A DNA stretch of 64,000 nt from Gemmatimonadales bacterium (GTDB lineage Bacteria > Gemmatimonadota > Gemmatimonadetes > Gemmatimonadales > GWC2-71-9). Of the stretch, positions 20,856 through 29,532 are shown piece after piece. Positions within the stretch are counted from its first letter, which is position 1. Each line of letters opens with the position of its first letter. The notes beneath the pieces are model-generated. The model made no database searches. It saw only the letters and a program-made list of their open reading frames with translations, and had not been told where the DNA came from. The position numbers and the translations under genes are program-made. The DNA lies in NCBI GenBank assembly GCA_038321865.1, contig JBBQFH010000006.1, positions 65,199 through 129,198 on the forward strand, read 5' to 3'.

Positions 20856-21448
20856 CGGCGCTCGCGTTCAGCGGCGCGCCGGCGCCGGGTCCGGCGGAGG
20901 AGCTGGCTGCGCTGGTGCGGCGCCAGCTGGAGCTGGTCGGCGAGGATCCCGATCGAGCCGGATTGCTGAGCACGCCGGACCGCGTCGCCCGATCGCTGGC
21001 CTTCCTCACCCGGGGATATGGCGAGACGGCCGCCGACGTGATCGGCGACGCCCTGTTCGAGGAAGCGCACGACAACATGATCCTGGTGCGCGACGTCGAG
21101 TTCTATTCGCTGTGCGAACATCACCTGTTGCCGTTCTTCGGGCGGGCCCACGTGGCGTACATCCCGAACGGGCGCATCGTGGGGCTGTCGAAGCTGGCGC
21201 GGGTCGTCGATGTCTACGCCCGCCGGCTGCAGGTCCAGGAGCGGCTCACCGATCAGATCGCGACGGCGCTCACCGACGTGCTCGAGCCGCGCGGGGTCGG
21301 GGTGGTGCTCGAGGCGTCGCACCTCTGCATGATGATGCGGGGCGTGGAGAAGCAGAACTCGAAGACGATCACCTCGTCGCTGACCGGCGTGTTCCGCCAC
21401 GACGCCAGTACCCGGGACGAGTTCCTGCGGCTGACCCGGTCGTCCTGA
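20852..21448 (+). CDS. folE: GTP cyclohydrolase I
   Basis: [50 protein letters not shown] and [14 protein letters not shown] are canonical FolE motifs. ATG 20852 overlaps the preceding stop (ATGA). Confidence 0.93.
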   Translation: MTALAFSGAPAPGPAEELAALVRRQLELVGEDPDRAGLLSTPDRVARSLAFLTRGYGETAADVIGDALFEEAHDNMILVRDVEFYSLCEHHLLPFFGRAHVAYIPNGRIVGLSKLARVVDVYARRLQVQERLTDQIATALTDVLEPRGVGVVLEASHLCMMMRGVEKQNSKTITSSLTGVFRHDASTRDEFLRLTRSS

Positions 21449-21467
21449 CTTGCACCGCTCGGCTGAC

Positions 21468-21492
21468 CGGCCCGGCTGGCGCCGGGCCTTTT
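21468..21492 (+). terminator. Rho-independent terminator after folE
   Basis: GGCCCGGC-tggc-GCCGGGCC forms a perfect 8-bp GC stem, followed by TTTTT. Confidence 0.7.
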
Positions 21493-21524
21493 TATTGCTC
21501 TGTGTCATGCCGGATATGCGCAAT

Positions 21525-21542
21525 CTGCACCAAATGACGTGC
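21525..21542 (+). promoter_or_regulatory. Candidate NtrC-like palindrome upstream of glnN
   Basis: TGCACCAAATGACGTGCA has half-sites TGCAC/GTGCA separated by 8 nt. The enteric NtrC consensus has 7 nt. It lies in an AT-enriched 190-bp leader. Confidence 0.3.
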
Positions 21543-21685
21543 AGACCCGTAATTCTTCGGCTCACGGCAACAAAGTGTCGCACCGCGCCTGCAGAATTTG
21601 CACATCCGGCGCGACACAATTACATTCTCGGCCTTCCGGGACCGCCCCCGACCGCCGCCGCCACCTCCACCAGGGATCCGCCACC

Positions 21686-23836
21686 GTGAGCACACCGTCC
21701 GAGTCCGTCAGTACCGCCGCGTCCGGGCGCATCGACAGCATCTTCGGCGCCGACGTGTTCTCCCGCCGGCTGATGCGCCAGCGACTGCCCAAGGACGTCT
21801 TTCGGAGCCTGATGCGGACAATCGAGCTCGGCGAGCGGCTCGATCCCCAGGTGGCGGGCGTGGTCGCGGCGACAATGAAGGACTGGGCCATCGAGAATGG
21901 CGCCACCCACTTCACCCACTGGTTCCAGCCGCTCACCGGACTCACGGCCGAGAAGCATGATTCGCTGATCGCGCCGGACGGGGCGGGCGGGGTGATGTTC
22001 AACTTCTCCGGCACGGACCTGGTGCAGGGCGAGCCGGATGCCTCGAGCTTCCCGAGCGGCGGGCTCCGCGCCACCTTCGAAGCCCGCGGCTACACGGCGT
22101 GGGATCCGACCAGCCCGGCCTTCCTGATGCGGGGCGAAAACAACGTCACCCTCTGCATTCCGACGGCCTTCGTCTCCTGGACCGGCGAGGCGCTCGACAC
22201 CAAGATCCCCCTCCTCCGCTCCATGGAAGCGATCTCCACCCAGGCGATGCGCGTCCTGAAGATCTTCGGCACCGATGCCGGCGTCTCGCGGGTGCACACG
22301 ACGGTCGGCCCGGAGCAGGAGTATTTCCTGGTGGATCGCGAGCTGTTCTACGAGCGTCCCGACCTCCTCACCTGCGAGCGCACCCTGTTCGGCGCCAAGC
22401 CGCCCAAGGGCCAGCAGCTGGAGGACCACTACTTCGGCACCATCCCCCCTCGCGTGCTCGCGTTCATGTCCGAGGTCGAGCGCGAGCTCTACCGGGTGGG
22501 CGTGCCGGTCAAGACGCGGCACAACGAAGTCGCACCGGGCCAGTACGAGATCGCGCCGCTCTTCGAGGAGAGCCACATCGCCAGCGACCATCAGATGGTC
22601 CTGATGGAAACGATCAAGCGGGTCGCCCCGCGCTACGGCCTCCAGGCGCTGCTGCACGAGAAGCCGTTTGCCGGCGTCAACGGGTCGGGCAAGCACAACA
22701 ACTGGTCGCTGTCCACCGACACCGGCGTCAACCTGCTGGATCCGCAGGACGAGACGCACACCAACATGCAGTTCCTGGTTTTCCTCTGCGCCGTCATCCG
22801 CGCGGTGGACCTCCACGCCGACCTGCTTCGCTCCTCGATCACCTCGGCGGCGAACGAGCACCGCCTCGGCGCCAATGAGGCGCCACCGGCCATCATCTCG
22901 ATCTTCCTCGGCAGCATGCTGTCGGACATTCTCGAGCAGGTGGAGAAGGGGCTGCCGAAGCGGACGATTCGCGGGGGCACGCTCGACCTGGGCGCGCGCT
23001 CGCTGCCGCAGCTTCCCCGCCACTCGGGTGATCGCAACCGCACGTCGCCGTTCGCGTTCACGGGCAACAAGTTCGAATTCCGTGCCGTGGGCTCCAGCGC
23101 GAGCATCGCGTGGCCCAACACCGTGCTCAACACGATCGTCGCCGAGTCGCTGGACGTGATCGCCACCGAGCTGGAGCGGGCCGTCGGGGCGAAGCCGACG
23201 CCGGCCAAGCTGCAGAGCGCGGTGCTGGCCGTGCTCAAGCGACTGATGAAGCAGCACAAGCGCGTGATCTTCGATGGGGACGGATACACAACCGAGTGGC
23301 ACGCGGAGGCCGCGCGGCGCGGGCTGCCGGTGCTGGAAGACTCCACGGCGGCGTTCCGTGTCATGAAATCGCGCAAGAACGCCGACCTGTTCAAGAAATA
23401 CGGTGTGCTCACCAGGCCGGAGCTCGAAAGCCGGATGCACATCGCGGTCGAGAAGTACATCAAGCAGATCACGATCGAGGCGGAAACGATGGTCTCTATC
23501 GCGCGAAGCATGATTCTGCCGGCCGCGCTGCAGCATCAGGCGCTGGTGGCGGAAGCCGTCGCGGCGACCGATGCCGCCGGCGTGGAATGCCAGGACACCC
23601 GGGAGGCGCTGGCCGATTTCGTGGCGCTGGTGACGCAGCTCCGGCTGGCCACGAGCTCGCTGGAGCGGGCCTGCGCCCATCAGGACGAGGACCCGATGCG
23701 GCATGCCTCGCACATGGGCTCCGCGGTCCGGGCGGCGATGGCCGGGCTCCGGACGGTGGTGGATACGCTGGAGACGTGGGTGGCGGCCGACCTCTGGCCC
23801 CTGCCGACCTACCGGCAGATGCTGCATTTGAAGTAA
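21686..23836 (+). CDS. glnN: Glutamine synthetase type III
   Basis: About 716 aa. [23 protein letters not shown]...[23 protein letters not shown] and [11 protein letters not shown] are GSIII hallmarks. I propose the GTG at 21686, since the upstream part of the ORF is not GS-like. Confidence 0.9.
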   Translation: MSTPSESVSTAASGRIDSIFGADVFSRRLMRQRLPKDVFRSLMRTIELGERLDPQVAGVVAATMKDWAIENGATHFTHWFQPLTGLTAEKHDSLIAPDGAGGVMFNFSGTDLVQGEPDASSFPSGGLRATFEARGYTAWDPTSPAFLMRGENNVTLCIPTAFVSWTGEALDTKIPLLRSMEAISTQAMRVLKIFGTDAGVSRVHTTVGPEQEYFLVDRELFYERPDLLTCERTLFGAKPPKGQQLEDHYFGTIPPRVLAFMSEVERELYRVGVPVKTRHNEVAPGQYEIAPLFEESHIASDHQMVLMETIKRVAPRYGLQALLHEKPFAGVNGSGKHNNWSLSTDTGVNLLDPQDETHTNMQFLVFLCAVIRAVDLHADLLRSSITSAANEHRLGANEAPPAIISIFLGSMLSDILEQVEKGLPKRTIRGGTLDLGARSLPQLPRHSGDRNRTSPFAFTGNKFEFRAVGSSASIAWPNTVLNTIVAESLDVIATELERAVGAKPTPAKLQSAVLAVLKRLMKQHKRVIFDGDGYTTEWHAEAARRGLPVLEDSTAAFRVMKSRKNADLFKKYGVLTRPELESRMHIAVEKYIKQITIEAETMVSIARSMILPAALQHQALVAEAVAATDAAGVECQDTREALADFVALVTQLRLATSSLERACAHQDEDPMRHASHMGSAVRAAMAGLRTVVDTLETWVAADLWPLPTYRQMLHLK

Positions 23837-23879
23837 GTTCCGGGGGCAGCCTCTGGCCGTGAATCCGCTGTCCCGCGGG

Positions 23880-23915
23880 GGCCGTATGGATGTCATACGG
23901 CCTCCTGATTTCTTT
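23880..23915 (+). terminator. Candidate terminator after glnN
   Basis: GGCCGTATG-gatgt-CATACGGCC forms a perfect 9-bp stem, followed by the T-rich tcctgatttcttt. Confidence 0.55.
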
Positions 23916-23930
23916 CCCCCTGGATACCTC

Positions 23931-25511
23931 ATGCGACGCAAACTTCTCTGGATCCTCGCGCCTCTGGCGCTGATTCCGGTTCTCGCCGGGCTGGCGGCCC
24001 GCGGCCATGCCGCCGTGGACGGCCAGCTTCTGTTCGACGAGGTCCGCGCCCGTATCGCGCGCGGCGCGGTCGATTCCCTCTCCGACGATCAGATTTACGA
24101 AGACGCGGCCCGCGGCCTCGTGGACAAGCTCAACGACCCCTACGCCGAGCTGTACTCGCCGGAGGAGCTGGCCAGCTTTTCCCGCAACACGCTGCGCAAC
24201 GACTACGCCGGCGTGGGCATGCAGATCCAGGATCAGCTCGGCATCGTCGTCGTGGCGAGCGTGTTCCCCAACTCGCCCGCCGCCCAGGGCGGCGTCCAGG
24301 CCGGTGACCGCATCGTATCGGTGGACACGACTGCGGTGGCCGGCCTCAAGATCGACCAGGTCTCGGCCCGGCTGGTTGGCAAGCCGGGCACGGCGGTCGC
24401 GGTCACGTTTGCCCGCGCGGGAATCGAGACGCCGATCCAGCGGCGCTTCATCCGGGCGGTGGTGCACGTGCCGGCGGTGCCCTACGCGCTGATGATGGAC
24501 AACGGAGTCGGCTACATCCCGCTCCAGCGCTTCAACGAGGCGTCCGCCGCCGACGTGATCAATGCGGTCACGCGGCTCCGGAGCGCCGGCGCCCACGCCT
24601 TCGTCCTCGACATGCGGGGCAACCCCGGCGGCAGCGTCGACGAGTCGCTGGCGATCAGCAATCTCTTCCTGCAGCCAGGGCAGGAAATCGTCTCCGTGCG
24701 GTATCGTGACCGCCAGCCCGAGGTGCGCCGCACCGAACCGAGCGGCGTGCACATCACCGAGCCGATGATCGTGATGGTGGACGGTGGCGCCGCCTCGGCG
24801 TCCGAGATCGTGGCCGGCGCGCTGCAGGATCACGATCGCGCGCTGGTGGTGGGCACGACGTCGTTCGGCAAGGGGCTGATGCAGAGCATCTACCCGCTGC
24901 ACCAGGGTTGGGCGCTCAAGCTCACCACGGCAAAGTGGTTCACCCCCAGCGGCCGCAGCATCCAGCGCGAGCGGGTGCTCCGGAACGGCCAGCTGGTCGA
25001 GGTGCACCCGGATTCGCTGGAGACGGACTCGTCGCGGCGGTCGCGGCCGGCGTACAAGTCGGATGCCGGCCGCGTCGTCTACGGCGGCGGCGGCATCGCT
25101 CCCGATGTGGTGATTCCCGCCGACACCATCACGACGGCTGAGCAGGCGTTCCTCCGGGCGCTGGGGCCGAAGTCGCGCGAAAGCTACCGCGCGCTCTACG
25201 ATCTGGCGCTTGGCTTGAAGCCGCGCGTCCGGTCGGACTTCACCGTGCTGCCCCAGTGGCGCGAGGATTACTACCATCGCCTCGAGACGGTCGGCGCGCC
25301 GGTGACGCGTCCGCAGTTCGACGCGGCGGCCCCGCTGGTGGACCGTCTCATCGAGCAGCAGATCGCCAGCCTCGCCTTCGGCGACTCGAGCGCCTTCCGC
25401 CGGACGGTCCGCGTGGACGCCCAGCTCCAGCGGGCGATCGACCTGCTGAAGGATGCCCACAGCCAGCCCGCGCTCTTCGTGAGCGCGGCGGCCGCCCGCA
25501 CCAAGGGCTGA
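23931..25511 (+). CDS. S41 family C-terminal processing (tail-specific) peptidase with PDZ domain
   Basis: Signal/TM segment MRRKLLWILAPLALIPVLAGL. PDZ segment VFPNSPAAQGGVQAGDRIVSVD. Catalytic region DMRGNPGGSV...GGAASASEIVAGALQDHDRALVVGTTSFGKG. Confidence 0.9.
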   Translation: MRRKLLWILAPLALIPVLAGLAARGHAAVDGQLLFDEVRARIARGAVDSLSDDQIYEDAARGLVDKLNDPYAELYSPEELASFSRNTLRNDYAGVGMQIQDQLGIVVVASVFPNSPAAQGGVQAGDRIVSVDTTAVAGLKIDQVSARLVGKPGTAVAVTFARAGIETPIQRRFIRAVVHVPAVPYALMMDNGVGYIPLQRFNEASAADVINAVTRLRSAGAHAFVLDMRGNPGGSVDESLAISNLFLQPGQEIVSVRYRDRQPEVRRTEPSGVHITEPMIVMVDGGAASASEIVAGALQDHDRALVVGTTSFGKGLMQSIYPLHQGWALKLTTAKWFTPSGRSIQRERVLRNGQLVEVHPDSLETDSSRRSRPAYKSDAGRVVYGGGGIAPDVVIPADTITTAEQAFLRALGPKSRESYRALYDLALGLKPRVRSDFTVLPQWREDYYHRLETVGAPVTRPQFDAAAPLVDRLIEQQIASLAFGDSSAFRRTVRVDAQLQRAIDLLKDAHSQPALFVSAAAARTKG

Positions 25512-25534
25512 TCGCGCCGGGCAGGAAGGAGAAA

Positions 25535-25567
25535 GGGCGCGGAGACACCGGTCTCCGCGCCCTTTTT
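25535..25567 (+). terminator. Rho-independent terminator after S41 peptidase gene
   Basis: GGGCGCGGAGAC-accg-GTCTCCGCGCCC forms a perfect 12-bp stem, followed by TTTTT. Confidence 0.8.
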
Positions 25568-25806
25568 CCGCGTCCACCCCTGTGACCCAGCCCACTGCTC
25601 CGCACCCGCCGGCCCGCCATTATCATCGTCGTAAGTTGTTGCTGGCCAATGGTTTATGTTGACAACTCTGTGGAAACAATGTGGGTTGCTGTGGAGAAGC
25701 GTTTCCAATCGGTGGAAAACCCACCGAACTGGAACCGGCACCACACCGCCGGTGTGCGCGGTGGCCCCACAATGTCCACAGAGATTCCACCATCGAGGAG
25801 CGGACG

Positions 25807-26649
25807 ATGGCCAAAGCGATGTGGAGTGGCGTGATCAGCTTCGGCATGGTGAGCATCCCCGTCAAGCTGTATTCCGCCACGCAGAGCCGGGACATCAGCT
25901 TCAATTTGCTGCATGCCGCCTGCGGCACGCGGCTCCAGCAGAAGCGCTGGTGTCCCGCCGACGACGTCGAGGTGCCCTGGAGCGAGACAGTCCGCGGCTA
26001 TGAATACGCCAAGGGCGAGTACGTCACGCTGACCGACGAGGATTTCGAGCGGCTTCCGCTCCCAAGCAAGCACACGATCGAGCTCTCGGCGTTCGTCGAG
26101 GAATCCGAGATCGATCCGGTGTTCTACGAGAAGAGCTATTACCTCGAGCCGGACGCGAAAGGGGAGAAGCCGTACGCCCTGCTGCTCAAGGCGCTGGAAA
26201 AGAAGCGGCTCACCGCCATCGCGACGATCACGATCCGGAAGAAGGAGCAGCTCTGCACGATCCGCCCCCGGGAGGGCACGATCATGCTCGAGACGCTCTA
26301 CTATCCTGACGAAATCAATGCCGAGCGCGGCGTGGATCTCGGCAGCACCAAGATCACCGATCGTGAGCTGGACATGGCCTTCACGCTCATCGAGCTGCTT
26401 CGCAAGCCGTTTGAGCCGGAGGTGTACCACGATCATTACCGTGAGGCCCTCGGCGAGCTGATCGAAGCCAAGCTCGACGGGAAGCAGGTCGTCAAATCGC
26501 CCGCGCCGCGCGACAGCAAGATCATCGACCTGGCCGAAGCGCTGAAGCGGAGCGTGGCGGCGGCGAAGAAGGGCGGGAAATCGAAGGCGGCCCGGCCCGC
26601 CCCGCGGCCAGCGGCGCGTGCCCTCAAGCATCGGCGGAAAGCGGGATGA
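25807..26649 (+). CDS. ku: Ku protein (bacterial NHEJ DNA end-binding)
   Basis: MAKAMWSGVISFGMVSIPVKLYSAT...YYLEPD...LLLKALE is the canonical bacterial Ku N-terminus, with a Lys/Arg-rich tail. GAGGAG lies 6 nt upstream of ATG 25807. Confidence 0.93.
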   Translation: MAKAMWSGVISFGMVSIPVKLYSATQSRDISFNLLHAACGTRLQQKRWCPADDVEVPWSETVRGYEYAKGEYVTLTDEDFERLPLPSKHTIELSAFVEESEIDPVFYEKSYYLEPDAKGEKPYALLLKALEKKRLTAIATITIRKKEQLCTIRPREGTIMLETLYYPDEINAERGVDLGSTKITDRELDMAFTLIELLRKPFEPEVYHDHYREALGELIEAKLDGKQVVKSPAPRDSKIIDLAEALKRSVAAAKKGGKSKAARPAPRPAARALKHRRKAG

Positions 26650-27695
26650 CCGCCCGCGCCGTCGCGGCGGTGCTGAAACAGCTCGCGGCGGCGGGCCCGG
26701 CGGCAACGCTGACCGTCGAGGGGCATGAACTGGCGGTCACCAATCTCGACAAGAAGCTCTGGCCCGGGCACACCAAGCGCGACCTTCTGGTCTACCTCGC
26801 GTCCGTGTCGCCGTGGCTGCTTCCGCATCTCGCGGGGCGGCCGGTGTTCGTCACCCGCTGGCCCAACGGGATCGCCGGCAAGAGCTTCTACCAGAAGGTG
26901 TGGGAAGATCCGCCGCCGTTCGTGAAGACGGTCTCCATCTGGTCGAGCGACAACGACGGCGCCCGCGACTACCTGCTCTGCGCCAATCTTGCCACCCTGC
27001 TCTGGCTGGGGCAGCAGGCGTCGCTGGAGCTGCACGTGTGGTTCTCCAGCACGCTTGCCGGCGCCGACGGCCGCTCGCTCCGCACCGGATACGGGGTGTC
27101 GGAAGCGTCGCTGGATGCGTCGCGGCTCAATTATCCCGACTTCATGGTCTTCGATCTCGACCCGTACGTGTACTCGGGAAGGGAGACAAAGGGCGAGGAG
27201 CCCGAGTTGTACCGGCCTGCTTTCAAGCGGGCCCGGAAGCTGGCGCTCGACCTTCGCGACATTGCCGCGACGCTGGGGCTGGAGGCGTTCGTCAAGACGT
27301 CGGGGCGCACCGGCCTGCATCTCTACCTCCCGATCCGCCGCCGCTTCACCTTCGACGAGGTGCGGGCGATGGCGCAGGCCGTCGGCGAGCATCTTCGCGC
27401 GCGGCATCCGAAGGAGGTCACCCTCGAGTGGTCGGTGGAGGCGCGGCGGGGGAAGATCTTCTTCGACTACAACCAGAACGTCCGCGGGAAGTCGCTGGCC
27501 GCCACGTTCTCGCCGAGGCGGCAGCCCGGCGCGACGGTGTCGATGCCGCTCGAGTGGGATGAGCTCGAATCGGCCTACCCCACCGACTTCACGATCAGCA
27601 ACGTTCCGGGAATCCTGTCCGAGCGCGGCGACCCATGGGCCGATATTCTGGGCGCCAAGGGTGACCTCGAAGCGGGCTTGGCGAAGGCCGGATGA
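26646..27695 (+). CDS. ligD: LigD-type NHEJ polymerase/primase domain protein (stand-alone PolDom)
   Basis: AVTNLDKKLWP...FVTRWPNGIAGKSFYQK...DFMVFDLDP...FVKTSGRTGLHLYLPI...KIFFDYNQN are typical LigD PolDom motifs. ATGA overlap with ku. Confidence 0.9.
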   Translation: MTARAVAAVLKQLAAAGPAATLTVEGHELAVTNLDKKLWPGHTKRDLLVYLASVSPWLLPHLAGRPVFVTRWPNGIAGKSFYQKVWEDPPPFVKTVSIWSSDNDGARDYLLCANLATLLWLGQQASLELHVWFSSTLAGADGRSLRTGYGVSEASLDASRLNYPDFMVFDLDPYVYSGRETKGEEPELYRPAFKRARKLALDLRDIAATLGLEAFVKTSGRTGLHLYLPIRRRFTFDEVRAMAQAVGEHLRARHPKEVTLEWSVEARRGKIFFDYNQNVRGKSLAATFSPRRQPGATVSMPLEWDELESAYPTDFTISNVPGILSERGDPWADILGAKGDLEAGLAKAG

Positions 27696-28726
27696 CCCGC
27701 CTGCTCAAGCTGCTGCCCGAGGACGCGCGCTCGCGGCTCCGCCCCCGCGCGCAGCCGGTGTGGATGGCGCCGATGCTCGCGACCCTCGCCGCCGAGCGTC
27801 CCAGGGGTGAGGGCTGGCTGTACGAGCCGAAGCTCGACGGCGTACGCTGCCTCGTCTTCGTCCGCGACGGCGAAGTGCACCTCCTGTCGCGGAACCGGAA
27901 GCCGCTCGATGCCGCATATCCGGAGCTGGTGGACGCGCTCGCGGCCGGCGTGAGGGGCGACGCGATTCTCGATGGGGAGATCGTGGCGGTGGATCCGGCG
28001 ACCGGCCTGCCGAGCTTTTCGCTGCTGCAGCGGCGCTTGGGGATCCGGAACGCGACCGCCGCTCTCCGGAGCGGAGTCGCGATCCAGCTGTATCTGTTCG
28101 ACTGTCTGTACTATGAAGGGGTGGATCTCACCTCGCTCGCGCTGGTGGACCGGAAGTCGGTGCTGCGCGATGTGGTCTGGTTTGACGACCGGCTGCGCTT
28201 CACGCCGTTCAAGGCGACCGGATCCGAAGCGATGTACCTCGAAGCGTGTGCCCGCGGAGCCGAGGGCATCATCGCCAAGCGGGCGGCCGCGCCATACGTC
28301 GGGCGCCGTTCGGCGGACTGGCTCAAGATCAAGTGCGTCAACGAGCAGGAGCTCGTCATCGGCGGGTACACCGACCGGAAGGGGGAGCGCGAGGGCTTCG
28401 GCGCGCTGCTGGTCGGGTACTACGAGAACGGCGTGCTGCGGTATGCGGGCAAGGTCGGTACCGGGTACGACCGGCAGACCCTGCGGCTGCTGCACAACGC
28501 CCTGCAGGAGCTCGGGCGGCGGACCCCGCCGTTCGGCGGCCTCGTGCCGTCGGGGCCCGACGTCCACTGGGTGATCCCCGCGCTCGTCGCCCAGATCGGC
28601 TTCGCCGAGTGGACGCCGGGAGGATTGCTGCGGCACCCGCGCTTCATCGGCATCCGGCTCGACAAGGCGCCGGGCGATGTGACGCGCGAGCGCGCTGCGG
28701 AGGTCCGGCCTCGGGCTGGAATGTAG
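27692..28726 (+). CDS. ligD: ATP-dependent DNA ligase (LigD ligase domain, stand-alone)
   Basis: Adenylation motif I WLYEPKLDGVRCL. Also EGIIAKR, DWLKIKC, and an OB-fold C-terminus. ATGA overlap with the PolDom gene. Confidence 0.92.
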   Translation: MTRLLKLLPEDARSRLRPRAQPVWMAPMLATLAAERPRGEGWLYEPKLDGVRCLVFVRDGEVHLLSRNRKPLDAAYPELVDALAAGVRGDAILDGEIVAVDPATGLPSFSLLQRRLGIRNATAALRSGVAIQLYLFDCLYYEGVDLTSLALVDRKSVLRDVVWFDDRLRFTPFKATGSEAMYLEACARGAEGIIAKRAAAPYVGRRSADWLKIKCVNEQELVIGGYTDRKGEREGFGALLVGYYENGVLRYAGKVGTGYDRQTLRLLHNALQELGRRTPPFGGLVPSGPDVHWVIPALVAQIGFAEWTPGGLLRHPRFIGIRLDKAPGDVTRERAAEVRPRAGM

Positions 28727-28988
28727 GCTTTCAACCACAGGATGGCTGTGGCGCGGGGGAAACGCGCCTCGCCCCCCGGGTCACTCCGACTGTGAAGAAA
28801 TGTGACGGCTCGGCCCGGAAACGCCGTCATGGCCGCAGGCCGGTGTCTCCCGCAAGCCCCTTGCGCCACTGCGGTTCAGACTGCCCGGTCGGGCAAGTGT
28901 TCGATTCATCGACACAAGTGACGCCGTTTCCGGTACCTGACTTGCCTCACCCTCCGTCGGGTAAGGGCTTCCTCTCGGAGTGGGGCGC

Positions 28989-29498
28989 ATGCAGCCAGCG
29001 AGCCGGGCACTCGATGAGATGACGGGAGCGGCGCACCACGCCCGGGGGCTCCACTACGCCGATCGGGCGCGGTGGGCCGAGGCGTATCGGCATTTTCGCC
29101 ACGGTCTGTGGGAAGCCCGGCATCAGGGCGACGCCGAGCTCGAGGCCCGCTGCCTGATGGGCCAGGCCGAGGTGCACATGGCACTCGGGCGCTGGGAGGA
29201 CGCGCGGGAAGGCGCCGAGCGGGCGCTGGTGCTGTTCGATCTCATCGCATCGCCCGGCGGGATGGCCGACGCGTCGCGCCTGCTCGGCGTGGTGTTCCGT
29301 GAGACCAGCCGGCCGGCGCTGGCGGAATCGCGGCTGCGCTGCGCCGTCGAGATTGCGCTGTCGAGCGGCAGTCCCCGCAGCGAAGCGGCCGCCCGGCACG
29401 AACTGGCGGAGTTGTACCGGCAAAGCGGCCGCTCGGCCGAAGCGCTGGAGCAGGTCAACGCCGCATCGGCGCTCTCACCGCATCTCGCCACAGCCTAG
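28989..29498 (+). CDS. TPR-repeat protein
   Basis: TPR-like helices WAEAYRHFRHGLWEARHQGD, EARCLMGQAEVHMALGRWEDA and ARHELAELYRQSGRSAEALE. ATG 28989 has GGAG 8 nt upstream. GTG 28980 is an alternative. Confidence 0.65.
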   Translation: MQPASRALDEMTGAAHHARGLHYADRARWAEAYRHFRHGLWEARHQGDAELEARCLMGQAEVHMALGRWEDAREGAERALVLFDLIASPGGMADASRLLGVVFRETSRPALAESRLRCAVEIALSSGSPRSEAAARHELAELYRQSGRSAEALEQVNAASALSPHLATA

Positions 29499-29532
29499 CG
29501 CCTGAGGCCGGCCGCGATATACTCAACCGGTC

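Noticed and set aside
17542-21448. ORFs 17542..19200 (-), 18953..21448 (+, 831 aa) and 19158..20663 (-)
   Set aside because: These are antisense or off-frame to the MFS and Rieske-FAD genes. Only the last 198 codons of 18953..21448 are real (folE, from ATG 20852). The rest is Arg/Gly/Pro-rich.
21493-21685. Sigma54 (-24 GG / -12 GC) promoter for glnN
   Set aside because: The best candidates (GGCAAcaaagTGTCGC and CTGCAGAATTTGCA) have the wrong spacing or lack the GG/GC dinucleotides at the required 10-nt distance.
21620-23941. 773-aa ORF on the minus strand, antisense to glnN
   Set aside because: It fully overlaps a gene with unmistakable GSIII motifs. Its translation is R/G/P/A-rich with no recognisable motif. 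This is the usual stop-codon-poor antisense frame of a very GC-rich genome.
23496-25595. 699-aa minus-strand ORF opposite the S41 peptidase gene, and 34240..35955 (-) opposite sdhA
   Set aside because: Same reasoning. The sense frames carry canonical catalytic motifs, and the antisense translations are low-complexity.
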